Below, one piece after another: positions 52,578 through 64,000 of a DNA stretch of 64,000 nt. The notes below the pieces were generated by a model that was not told the origin of the DNA, did not search any database, and saw only the letters and a list, made by a program, of their open reading frames with translations. The stretch is from Octopus vulgaris (lineage: Eukaryota): NCBI GenBank assembly GCA_951406725.2, contig OX597833.1:17918001-17982000 (forward strand), read 5' to 3'. Numbering within the stretch: the stretch's first letter is position 1; the number at the start of each line of letters is the position of its first letter. The translations under genes were made by a program, and so were the position numbers.

Positions 52578-53112
52578 ATATTTATGGAGTTGTATGGACG
52601 TGAGTAAAGATGTATACGAGACGTGGAGGGAAAGAGAGAGAAAAGAATAAAAAGAGCGTGTGTACTTTCATTGAAAAAAAAAATGTTTTTTATTCTCGGA
52701 TATCAAACGACTTCACTGAGAGTAAAATTATTTTATTTTGTATTTCATTTTCCAACGACCCCCTTTCAGCTTTTTATGGTTTACAAATGGATACTTTGAA
52801 TTTTGAACAAAAAAATGATCAGTTTTTTAATTTTGTAAATTGTGCCTTTTACCCAGGTAACTTCGTTTAGTTGGGAGTGTGCACGCATCCATATACGCTC
52901 ATATAAATAAAAATACATACACGTATGCAAACATTTATGTATATACCTGTGCATCAATATTGCATGTACATGTGTGTAAATGTATACATATCGATATATA
53001 TATATATACCGGAGTAAACACATAAATGTGAAACAAGGTGGAAAAAAGAGTTCTCAAATACCAGAGGTAGAGTAATATGCTTTATTTAAAGTAGCAGAAA
53101 ATTCAACAAAAC

Positions 53113-53150
53113 CTGTTACTCTGAGTTTCCCGTTGCCGTTCATCGGACAG
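53113..53150 (-). ncRNA. Type-I hammerhead ribozyme motif (core CCGAUGA) inside a fold-back (53075-53218)
   Basis: Minus strand: CUGU-CCGAUGA-ACG(GCAA)CGG-GAA-ACUC(A)GAGU-A-ACAG; stem I 4 bp, GNRA-capped stem II, quasi-palindromic stem III, GUA site. Confidence 0.7.
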
Positions 53151-53226
53151 TTTTTAACGGGAAACTGAGAGTAACAGGTTTTGTTTTGTTGAATTTTCTT
53201 GCTATAAATAAAGTATATATATATAA

Positions 53227-53273
<47 letters not shown>

Positions 53274-53278
<5 letters not shown>

Positions 53279-53478
53279 AAATTTAGGAAACTGAGCACTA
53301 AAGTGGACACCCTATATACTAAACATAGACGTTAAATCGTTTAGCATATGGGGTGTCCACTTTAGTGCTCAGTCCTATAAATTTTGTATGTATCACAATT
53401 TTTAATCTTCGGATTCTTTAAATATGCTAAGCCACTGGTTTTAATTGATTAACATCAATTTCTACCCTTATTATTTTA
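53274..53478. repeat. Fold-back (~50-bp arms, 53274-53389) plus tail; same family as 63542-63820
   Basis: ACTGAGCACTAAAGTGGACACCC / GGGTGTCCACTTTAGTGCTCAGT; tail ATCTTCGGATTCTTT...CCACTGGTTTTAATTGAT...TTTCTACCCTTA shared. Confidence 0.9.
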
Positions 53479-53482
53479 TATA

Positions 53483-53882
53483 TACTCTTTTACTTGTTTC
53501 AGTCATTTGACTGCGGCCATGCTGGAGCACCGCCTTTTAATCGAGCAACTCGATCACGGGACTTATTCTTTTGTAAGCCCAGTACTTATTCTATCGTTTT
53601 TTTTTGCCGAACCGCTAAGTATCGGGGACATAAACACACCAACATCGGTTGTCAAGCAATGCTAGGGGGACAAACACAGACACATAAACACACACATACA
53701 TATATAAATATATACATATATACGACGGGCTTCTTTCAGTTTCTGTCTACCAAATCCACTCACAAGGCTTTGGTCGGCCCGAGGCTATAGTAGAAGACAC
53801 TTGCCCAAAGTGCCACGCAGTGGGACTGAACCCGGAACCATGTGATTGGTAAACAAGCTACTTACCACACAGCCACTCCTGC

Positions 53883-53886
<4 letters not shown>
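53483..53886 (-). mobile_element. SINE family A, full length
   Basis: Reverse complement of consensus. Confidence 0.92.
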
Positions 53887-53926
<40 letters not shown>

Positions 53927-54054
53927 TTGATAAAATTGGAGACAAAAAGAAGGGTTACGTTCACACACGACAGATGCCCAAACGCAAACCTCGACGAGCT
54001 TTATATTGTACTTATACTGTACTCTACTACGTTCTTAACAGAATATATCATAAC

Positions 54055-54122
<68 letters not shown>

Positions 54123-54231
54123 TATAACTGTGTGTATATGTGTGTGTATGTATGTTTATATATGTATGTATGTGTATATATATGTATGTATGTATATATA
54201 TATGTACGTATGTATGTATATATATGTATGC

Positions 54232-54282
<51 letters not shown>

Positions 54283-54299
54283 CATGCATATATATATTA

Positions 54300-54620
54300 T
54301 CTTTTAGTTATTTCAGTCATTGGACTGCGGCCATACTGGAGCATCGCCTTGAAGGGTTTAGCAGAACAAATTGACGTCAATAATTATTAATTCTTTTTAA
54401 GCCTGGTACTTATTTTATCAGTCTTGTTTATTTGTCGTTGAACCGCTAAGTGGTGAGGGGTACAAACAGACACAAAGGTACACATACACAGGTCTACCAA
54501 ATCCACTCACAAGGCTTTGGTTTGGTCAGCCCGAGGCTATAATATAAGACACTCACCAACGGTGCCACGCAGTGGGACTGAACCTGGAACCATGCGGTTG
54601 AAAAGCAAGCTTTTTCCGCC
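54300..54620 (-). mobile_element. SINE family A, diverged
   Basis: Tail and head recognisable. Confidence 0.8.
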
Positions 54621-54699
54621 GTAGTGAAACTTACACCAGGAGAGATATATTGAGGGTTTACTTCAACAATATTGCCCAAGTGAGGATCACAGAAGACAG

Positions 54700-55250
54700 A
54701 GTAGGGTCTAAACGTAGACAGGAGAAACAAGGACAGACAAAGGGATTAAGTCGATTACATCGACCCTAGTGTGTAACTGGTACTTATTTAATCGACCCCG
54801 AAAGGATGAAAGGCAAAGTCGACCTCGGCGGAATTTGAACTCAGAACGTAACGGCAGACGAAATACCTATTTCTTTACTATCCACAAGGGTCTAAACACA
54901 GAGAGGACAAACAAGGACAGACAAACGGATTAAGTCGTTTACATCGACCCTAGTGTGTAACTGGTACTTAATTTATCGACCGCGAAAGGATGAAAGGCAA
55001 AGTCGACCTCGGCGGAATTTGAACTCAGAACGTAACGGCAGACGAAATACCTATTTCTTTACTGCCCACAAGGGGCTAAACACAGAGAGGATAAACAAGG
55101 ACAGACAGACGGAGTAAGTCGATTGTATAAGACCCCAGTGCGTAACTGGTACTTATTTAATCGACCCCGAAAGGATGAAAGGCAAAGTCGACCTCGGCGG
55201 AATTTGAACTCAGAACGTAGCGGCAAACGAAATACCGCTGAGCATTTCGC
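54700..55250 (-). mobile_element. SINE B trimer (184-bp period)
   Basis: Junction GAAATACCTATTTC at 54860 and 55044. Confidence 0.92.
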
Positions 55251-56043
55251 CTCCTTTTAGCTTTTAGACTAGGTTAGCTTCTGTGGAATGTCCGCTATAT
55301 CAGTATCATTGTGAAGGATGCTGTATATATCGATCACTGAGCCGATGGATAGAAATTAATCCGATGCTTTTTTTTGTTGTTTGTTTGTTCGTTCTTTTTA
55401 CAAATGAATAGAAAACTAGGATATGTTTTTTTGTTTTTTAATCGGTGGCTCTTTAGTTATTAACAAAAGACCTCATGCAGCTCCGCTGTTGTTATTGCTC
55501 TTGAGAGACAATGTTTACTGCTGGGAACATTTCAGCTGATTTATTGTTTTGTTAGTGTTTCCGTTTCTGATGAGTGTTTTTTCTCTCTCTTGGGAGTCTA
55601 CATGATCTTTGTTTGTGGATCCCGATGGGTTGCTGCTAGCACATATGGGAATAACAACGTTTACGAATAGCTGCAAAGGCAGTTTGATATCAGAGGTATT
55701 AAGAGTGAAAGGACCAATTAACAAACAATAAGTCGCTTGTAATTGCACTCCGGTTTCCTTTATGTGGGTCCATGTTGCTAAATGGCGGCGCTGGAGTCAG
55801 TGACTTTTGGCCTTGTTGTTGCACATTGATAGGCGATGCTATAAAATATGATGTGGACTAAAAGAAGAATTTTTTGCTTGTGACATTATGAACAACGCAA
55901 GAGCCAGCGATGGGTTAACCGTTAAGCAAAATAAGCACGTTCTTAGGGCCTCAAGGGGAAAATGTCACCACAGAAATGGTAAATGGTCTACAGTACAAAA
56001 GAAATCACTTTAAACTCGCTAAAATAATATTTGAAGTGGTATT

Positions 56044-56450
56044 AGGCGCAGGAGTGGCTGTGTGGTAAGTAGCTTGTTTACTAACCACATGGTTCCGGGT
56101 TCAGTCCCACTGCGTGGCACCTTGGGCAAGTGTCTTCTACTATAGCCTCGGGCTGACCAAAGCCTTGTGAGTGGATTTGGTAGACGGAAACTGAAAGAAG
56201 CCCGTCGTATATATGTATACATATATGTATGTGTGCGTATGTGTGTCTGTGTTTGTCCCATCCAATAACGCTTGACAACCGATGCTGGTGTGTTTATGTC
56301 CCCGTCACTTAGCGGCTCGGCAAAAGAAAGAATAAGTACTGGGCTTACAAAGAATAAGTCCCGGGGTCGAGTTGGTCGATTAAAAGGCGGTGCTCCAGCA
56401 TGGCCGCAGTCAAATGACTGAAACAAGTAAAAGAGAAAAAAAAAAAGAGA
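56044..56450 (+). mobile_element. SINE family A, full length
   Basis: AGGCGCAGGAGTGGCTGTGTGG head to GAAACAAGTAAAAGAG tail. Confidence 0.93.
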
Positions 56451-56672
56451 ATATGATCGGAAATATAATATAACTTCGAAGTGTTCTTGGTGTCATAGTA
56501 AGGATCTGACCAAAGACTTTGCAATTAAAAAAAAAGTAGAAAACTTTTCAAATATAAATAAAGTGGAAATATACAAAAACAAACATTATTTGCCATCTCG
56601 CTGTTTATTATTTACATTATTTACATTCGACAGATATTATGTCCTCATTTGTCCTCATCTTGTTTGTTGTTA

Positions 56673-56716
56673 ACACAACGTTTCGGCTGATATACCCTCC
56701 AGCCTTCTTTAGGTGT
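56673..56716 (-). ncRNA. Hammerhead motif, left arm (core mutated to CUAAAGA)
   Basis: ACAC-CUAAAGA-A-GGCUG(10 nt)CAGCC-GAA-ACGU-U-GUGU. Confidence 0.55.
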
Positions 56717-56779
56717 GTTGGGGAAATTTCGAATCTGGGTTCTCATTCCTAAGGTATTTTTTCGATGTTATTATTATTA

Positions 56780-56832
<53 letters not shown>

Positions 56833-56969
56833 GTTATTGTTGTTGTTGTTGTTCATGTCACTTCTTGGAATCGAACTCGGAATCTTGGGGTTAGTAGCCC
56901 GCGCTCTTAACCACTACGCCATATGCCCGTGGACACAGGAATGAGAACCCAGGTTCGAAATTTCTCCAA

Positions 56970-57015
56970 GACACTTGAAGAAGGCTGGAGGGTATATCAG
57001 CAGAAACGTAGTGTT
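56970..57015 (+). ncRNA. Hammerhead motif, right arm (core UUGAAGA)
   Basis: GACAC-UUGAAGA-A-GGCUG(10 nt)CAGCA-GAA-ACGU-A-GUGUU; the two arms together reconstruct the canonical CUGAAGA core. Confidence 0.6.
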
Positions 57016-57927
57016 AACAACAAACAAGATGAGGACAAATATTCGTCGAATGTAAATAATGTAAATAATATACATAAATCCTCATCTCTTAAATATAGAA
57101 CTGTGTGGTTTATTATTTTTGAAATTTTTAATTATATATATATATGGAGGCATCAACATCTTTTAAGTGTTTAGAGCCTTTACGGGTTTTAATCCCACCC
57201 TTATGAGAGTGTTTGTTCAATACCTTTGTGAAAACACCTTTGTCGTGTCTCAGTGACATACGCACGGGTTGAAACAGGATGAAAAATAAAATTATTTCTA
57301 CATTTGAAAAGTGTGTCTGCTGCTGTTTTATCCGAAATTGAGATGCAATCATCAAAGAGAAGGTTGAAGTCGCCCATCTGTTACGAAAACTGCGTTGCTG
57401 GATGAAAAGGGTAATCGTTTGGAGTCACTCTTGGAAACAGAGTAGAGATGCTTGACGAGATCTGTAGCGTTCGATTATAGATAGGTCATTGGTTTTATTG
57501 TATCGGAACCTTGATTCGCGACAACCATTGGAAAATATGTCATTTGCATCGGCGATAAGGGAATCGTGGGCGGAAATAGCAAATTATCTCATTCATTGGC
57601 CTGCGCTATCCCCTCAGATGTTGGCAAAATCTCAAAATTTCACCACGGCTTTTCCTTGAAAGCAATTGTTAGAATACGGTTAGAATAATGAAAGGTATTG
57701 GGTTTAGCTCATGGGTAAATCTAGTCTTTGATGTATGTAATTTTTCCATTTTGAGCCTGAAGGCTTCAACATTTGGTAGGATTGCCGTTGCTAAGATAGC
57801 TATTTCATTGTGCCGCCTCAAACGCCGTTAACTGTCCTCGTTTCTGCTTAGTGGCGGTGCGGGGGGTATTTCTTACACTGGAGTTAAGTAGAAGTTGTAA
57901 ACATACACATGCCTACATAACTACACA

Positions 57928-57996
<69 letters not shown>

Positions 57997-58005
57997 GCGC
58001 ATTCC

Positions 58006-58760
58006 TTTATTTTTTTATGTGTTTCAGCCCAGAAGTTGTGGCCATGCTGGGGATACCGCAAGCATTATTACCTTTTCCAATGGCCATTCTTTTGTGATTA
58101 GCATATGATGACGGAGGGTGTTTAATAATGCCGCCATCTTTTGACTGACCATGGACAGCAGGGATGCGAGTCAAGATATTTTTTTGAAAACATTTACCCC
58201 CGCCTCCACTCCACGTAAATCTCAAACTTTTAGGCAAGATATTTAATAGCCGTGGTCCTTTGGATCTCAAGCTATTGCAGTACCTGATCCTCACTCTAGA
58301 CGGAGTGGGTGGGACTTTGGTTCGGGGGCTGGTACATCTCTCGATGCCAAAGTTTGGAGCTGACCCTTCAAGGATCTTCCATATGTATATCACTGCATAT
58401 CTCACCCGTCATCGCTACGGGGTGGGTGGGACTTTGGTTAGGGGGCTGGTACATCTCTCGATGCCAAAGTTTGGAGCTGACCGTTCAAGGATCTTCCATA
58501 TGTATATCACTGCATATCTCACCCGTCATCGTTCTTGGGAGTAGAGTCGTAACGTTTTTTGTCTTTCCCAGTAGCAAGACTATGCCATTGGTGTAATCTT
58601 CCTGGTGTATCACTGTTGAACTGCCTCGAGTTCTGATATTAATTTGACACAGTTGAGAGGCATAGTCCAGACGGCTGAGAGCAAAAGTCCTCCATAAAAC
58701 CAGCATAGCTTCCTGGTCTCTTGTTCTGCCTATAAGTAGGCGGGGCTCTGGTTTAAGGTC
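58006..58760 (-). pseudogene. CR1/L2-group LINE 3' fragment (RT C-terminal region + 3' tail)
   Basis: RTRDQEAMLVLWRTFALSRLDYASQL...ELEAVQ...YTRKI...YWER...LRLYSQER*RVRYAVIYIWKILE; frameshifts; internal 117-bp duplication. Confidence 0.8.
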
Positions 58761-58778
58761 ACCATATAATATCTCATT

Positions 58779-58981
58779 TACTCTTTTACATGTTTCAGTC
58801 ATTTGACTGCGGCCATGCTGGAGCACCGCCTTTAGTCGAGCAAATCGACTCCGGAACTTACTCTTTGTAAGCCCAGTACTTATTGCATCGGTCTCTTTTG
58901 TCGAACTGCTAAGTTACGGTGACGTAAACACACGAGTATTGGTTGTCAAGCGATGTTGGGGAGACAAACACAGACACACAC

Positions 58982-59048
<67 letters not shown>

Positions 59049-59211
59049 CGACGGGCTTCTTTCAGTTTCCGTCTACCAAATCCACTCCCAAGGCTTTGGT
59101 CGGCCCGAGGCTATAGTAGAAGACACTTTCCCAAGGTGCCACGCAGTGGAACTGAACCCGGAACCATGTGGTTGGTAAGCAAGCTACTTACAACAGAGCC
59201 ACTCGTGCGCC
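58779..59211 (-). mobile_element. SINE family A, full length
   Basis: Reverse complement of consensus. Confidence 0.92.
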
Positions 59212-59614
59212 AATCTCATATCATTTTATTTTTAGGAATTTTCAGAAAAAGTTTGAGAATTTGTGTTCTATGCACGCGAATTTATGCCACTATGCAAAAA
59301 ATTTGTTTTTTAATTTTTTAATCCCCACTCCTCATATATCCTAAAATTTCAACTCTTTTTTTTTCTTACACATACATGCACACTCGTTTGGTGCGGGGTG
59401 GGGATGGGTTTAAGAATTCAAATTACACAGAAAAGTTATTTTTCATTTGCTTTAATCCCAACGATGGACCAACCTTGGTGCATCAGCATTCCATTAAATG
59501 TGCATATGGGGAGATAATTTAAGTACCAGTTGAATACTGGGGTCGATCTAATCGACTGTCCCCTTCCCTAAAAATTTCGGCCCTTGTGCTTAGAGTAGAA
59601 AAGAATAATAAAAA

Positions 59615-60060
59615 TGATGGGCTACGGCAAATATTCTGCTCAATACCACAGATTTGCTTGTCTGTTGTTTGACCTTAACCTGTTGAGTATGTCCCTTAGT
59701 AGCTGACGATATGTGCATCTCTGATCACGAGCAGAAGTAGAGGATCTTCATAGCCACGTGTTGAGAGGGATTCTTTGGGGTTTGAATAATTCACCTTTGG
59801 AAACATGGGTGTTTCGTTCAACATCCATAAACAACCCTTATTCAGGGATCTTTTTGAGCGGGGTGGGCTACTCGACCAGAAGAAAATTCTAACTGGGCCC
59901 CACCTACAAGGTCATGCACTGTTAATCTAGATTTGAGATCACCATGTCGCGCACATATGGTTGTGATGCATATGCTTGGTGTACCCTTATCAGACGGGTG
60001 GCAGTGATGGATATATTTTACCCCAGTGTCACTTTGACGGCATGCATTACTCTCTCACTC
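59615..60060. other. Complex non-coding segment bounded by AAT repeats; probable retroposon-derived repeat
   Basis: GC-richer than flanks, sharp boundaries at AATAATAA and (AAT)n, no ORF; only one copy in the window. Confidence 0.35.
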
Positions 60061-60096
<36 letters not shown>

Positions 60097-60097
<1 letters not shown>

Positions 60098-60295
60098 TGG
60101 GCACAAGGCAGGAAATTTGGGGAAGGGGTTAGTCTATTACATCGACCCCAGTACTGAACTGATACTTAATTTATCGATCCCGAAAGGATGAAAGGCAAAG
60201 TCGACCTCGGCGGAATTTGAACTCAGAAAGTAGCGGCAGACGAAATGCCGCTAAGCATTTCGCCTGCTCGCTAACGATTCTGCCAACTCGCCGCC

Positions 60296-60297
<2 letters not shown>
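60097..60297 (-). mobile_element. SINE B2 embedded in (AAT)n
   Basis: B head and core with GGCACAAGGC tail. Confidence 0.87.
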
Positions 60298-60371
<74 letters not shown>

Positions 60372-60651
60372 CAACAACAATAATAATAAAAGGTTTGTAT
60401 AAGTGATGATGGATGCTGTGAGTACGTCTATCGTGTTTTTTTGTCTTCCTTTGTTGTCATTATCTTTGTTAACAAAGAAACACGGAAAGCAGGAAAAAAA
60501 CACAACAAACGTACACACACCATCCATCATCACTTATCGATCAAAAGCAATCGCAGTTTCGACACCATCAGATAATATTGTTCAGTTTTGTGGCGTCACA
60601 GACATAGGCAGCGAGATATAAACGATCGAACACATGTAAGACGAGCACGAA

Positions 60652-60708
<57 letters not shown>

Positions 60709-60854
60709 CATACATACATACATACATACATACATACATACATACATACATACATACGTATTTATATATATACAGAAATATGAATATGTTTCAATATTTA
60801 TAAGTGAGTATATACATATATAATATATATATGTGCATATGCATAATATGCACT

Positions 60855-61034
60855 TGTTTTAGTCATTGCAACAAATCGACCGCAATACGTCTTTCAAATG
60901 TTGTATGCTTATTTTATCGGTCTCTTTTGCCAAACCGTTAAGTTCCAGGGACGTAAATAAGCAGGTGTTAAGTAGATGTTGGAGACAAACATAAAAACAA
61001 AGACATACACAAACTGATATATACATACATACAT

Positions 61035-61082
<48 letters not shown>

Positions 61083-61200
61083 GACAGGCTTCGACACAGT
61101 TTCTGTCAACCAAGTTCACTCACAAGGTCCGGCATAGTAGTAGACACTTATTCAAGGTGTCGCGCAGTGGGACTAAACCCGAAACCACGTGACTATAAAG
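60855..61200 (-). mobile_element. SINE family A, highly diverged
   Basis: TATCGGTCTCTTTTGCCAAACCGTTAAG and CGCAGTGGGACTAAACCC blocks. Confidence 0.75.
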
Positions 61201-61283
61201 TATTCCTTTTTTTACCAATACACACACACACATACACACAAACGCACACATATGTATGCATGGCATGTATGTATGTATGTATG

Positions 61284-61357
<74 letters not shown>

Positions 61358-61596
61358 TATATCTATCAGTGTGTGTGTGGATATATATGCATATATATGA
61401 AGAAATATATACTCATATACTGTATGTGTGTGTGTTTGTATCTATATATAAATGTCTATATATATGTGTGCGTATATAAATATATATATATATGCATGTG
61501 TATATATATATATATTTCACCAAGTAGAATTCGGTAGAATTACTTCTTAATTAAATTTATTGATTACTTCTTAATTAATTAATTTTACCCTATATG

Positions 61597-61647
<51 letters not shown>

Positions 61648-61851
61648 CAAAATGGGACAAGAACGCAAAACATTCAAATAGACGATGCAAAAAACACGGA
61701 CGGGTCATTCGAAGCCTCTAATCTTCAGTCAAGAACTGTATCATCCTCGCAAACCTGTTACTCTGATTAATACATATATATATGTGTGTGTTTGTGTATG
61801 TATATATACATATATATATAAATCCTTTTTTACAAGTAGAGGTGCGAAATG

Positions 61852-61886
<35 letters not shown>

Positions 61887-62560
61887 GTGTGTAAGTATGT
61901 AATATATACTTTTACAAAGTTGGTGATACTATCACTCCGCTTTTCCTAAAAGTATATTCAACATGCACACCACCAAAAAAGAATGATTCCGCGATTTAAC
62001 ATTAGGTCGAAATAAAAACAAACACCAATACACACACATCATATATATGTAAAAATCTATGAGTGCGCGCGCGTGCGTGCGTGTGTGTCTGTGTGCGCGC
62101 GTGTGCGTGTTTGCATGTGTCAGAGAGGGAATGGGAGACAAAGAAGAAGAAGAAGAAAGGAGGTAGAAACAGTTAAAACTCATGACATGTGTTCTGATAT
62201 GTGTTGTTGCTTATCTTTGCATTTCTAATTGCCGACGAACAACACAACCACATTCTCTGATGTTTTGTCACACACACTCACACAAACAGACAGGATAGCA
62301 TTAAAACCAACTGACGCCCTAAGCAAAGCCCCGCTTACTGTGAAAAACCCACCTCGCACACAACCATCGAATAAACAGATTTGAAGTCCAGTTGTTTTTC
62401 AGTCATTCCAACGAGCCAAAACTCAAACAAGTCCACGTTGTGTATTTTATACTAAAAGTGCCGTAAGCAAAATTGTTTACGGATGATGAATAAATCAGAA
62501 ACCAAAATACTAATTTATAATACATTTTCATTGCTTTTTTCATTTTTTCTAAACTCTAGG

Positions 62561-62694
62561 TTGCTAACCAACCACATGGTTCCGGGTTCAGTCCCACTGC
62601 GTGGCATCTTGGGCAAGTGTCTTCTGCTATAGCCCCGGGCCGACCAATGCCTTGTGAGTGGATTTGGTAGACGGAAACTGAAAGAAGCCTGTCG

Positions 62695-62762
<68 letters not shown>

Positions 62763-63043
62763 ATTGTATAGAGGGCATTATTACACATAAATACCTCACA
62801 CTAAGAGGGACATAAGTCATTACTACCAAAATTTCACTAATCGTACCTAATGCAGTTTTCAAAGCAGGACATTTAAAAAATGAATTTATATATATATATG
62901 TGTGTGTGTTTGACACACCAATGCTGGTGTTTTTACGTCCCCGTCACTTAGCGGTTCGGCAAAAGAGACCGATAGAATAAGTACTGGGCTTACAAAGACA
63001 TGGCCGCAGTCAAATGACTGAAACAAGTAAAAGAGTAAAAGAG
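62561..63043 (+). mobile_element. SINE family A, 5'-clipped, with a ~130-bp insert in the internal (TA)n
   Basis: Head 62561-62700, insert about 62757-62887, tail to 63043. Confidence 0.88.
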
Positions 63044-63078
63044 TTGTTATAACATACTTATATATGTGTGTGTATATA

Positions 63079-63292
63079 CGAGGGGTAACCGAAAAAGTTC
63101 CTAGCTTTGGGTAAAAAAAAATACAGGAGGATCAGTTAATTATGATTTTATTTTACTTTTTCCTCTCTCAGGTTCACACATTGCAACAGTCCGTCAGAAT
63201 TTTTAAGCCCTGTAGTAAGAACTCGGAAGGTTGTGCCTCCAGTCAGGCCTTTCATGACACCCTTGTCTTCAGGAACCTTTCAGCACCCCTCG
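63079..63292 (-). mobile_element. Mariner-derived MITE (214 bp)
   Basis: TIRs CGAGGGGTAACCGAAAAAGTTCCT / AGGAACCTTTCAGCACCCCTCG; TA on the left, TG on the right. Confidence 0.82.
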
Positions 63293-63372
63293 TGTGTGTA
63301 TAATATATATATTATATATATATATATGTGTGTGTGTGTGCGTGTGTATGTATGTATGTGTATATATCTATC

Positions 63373-63469
<97 letters not shown>

Positions 63470-63481
63470 GTTCAGTCCTTA

Positions 63482-63541
<60 letters not shown>

Positions 63542-63551
<10 letters not shown>

Positions 63552-63811
63552 AATTAAGGACTGAACACGAAAAGTGGACAGTCAACATGCTAGATATAGA
63601 CGCCAAATCGCCATTCTCCACAAAGATTATGTTCTCAAATCAAACTTAATCTTTGTGGAGAATGGCGATTTGGCGTCTATATCTAGCATGTTGACTGTCC
63701 ACTTTTCGTGTTCAGTACTTAATTGGTATATATAAATATTTTGATCTTCGGATTCTTTTTAATATGCTAGACCACTGGTTTTAATTGATAAATATCAATT
63801 TCTACCCTTAA

Positions 63812-63820
<9 letters not shown>
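63542..63820. repeat. Fold-back: 88-bp arms (1 mismatch), 17-nt spacer, plus ~85-bp tail between (TA)n tracts
   Basis: 63542-63629 is the reverse complement of 63647-63734. Confidence 0.95.
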
Positions 63821-63881
<61 letters not shown>

Positions 63882-64000
63882 CGGCCAATTATCCGTAACT
63901 CTCTCAAAACTGACCGAGACTGTATTTTTACCTCCATTAGTACTGTGGTTATGTGACTCCGGCCACCGTCCACTAAGTCTATACTCAATCGCCTATATTG

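Larger units (their letters stand above)
56606..57070. mobile_element. Composite element: two inverted ~135-145-bp arms enclosing (ATT)n and a tRNA-like head
   Basis: 56606-56750 is the reverse complement of 56937-57070; minus strand 56852-56928 has A-box TGGCGTAGTGG and B-box GTTCGATTCC. Confidence 0.85.

Noticed and set aside
51588-52607. 339-aa Leu/Ile/Thr ORF, the longest in the window
   Set aside because: Pure (ATT/ACT)n translation.
55250-55900. Unique island with a YY1-like AAATGGCGGC and homeobox/Sox-like sites as promoter or enhancer
   Set aside because: Short motifs are expected by chance; no transcript or conservation evidence is available from sequence alone. The same applies to TGATTTAT near 7503.
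56852-56928. tRNA gene
   Set aside because: A and B boxes are present but no acceptor stem closes; this and the other tRNA-like segments are SINE-type heads.
57590-57625. HWPALSP resembling the Tc1 WPxxSPDL motif
   Set aside because: Isolated short match with no other transposase motifs or TIRs found.

Overview
This window is AT-rich, microsatellite-saturated eukaryotic DNA with no credible host protein-coding exon. Almost every ORF in the supplied track is a translation of (TA)n, (CA)n, (TACA)n, (TCTA)n or (ATT)n, or of the antisense strand of a SINE. The repeat families resemble those I recall from Octopus genomes (inference, not verified). It holds dozens of tRNA-derived SINE copies in modular families (my labels A-E). 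DNA transposons include a full-length but dead mariner (D,D34D, 37-bp TIRs, TA TSD), three mariner MITEs, two DUF4817/rosa-like Tc1-mariner relics, a Tigger-like MITE, an 8-bp-TSD MITE family, hAT and piggyBac ends, a Helitron-like element and a Helentron/HINE-like element. There are also three LINE 3' fragments. The most interesting signals: (i) minimal type-I hammerhead ribozyme folds in several unrelated (TA)n-anchored Penelope-like terminal fragments, all with variant cores and palindromic stem III; (ii) near-perfect fold-backs with 35-94 bp arms and a recurring hairpin + tail + microsatellite layout; (iii) a shared ~20-nt motif in those TA-anchored elements; (iv) head-to-tail SINE multimers with the same junction at independent loci; (v) candidate partner LINEs for two SINE families. 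Coordinates were counted by eye and may be off by a few bases.
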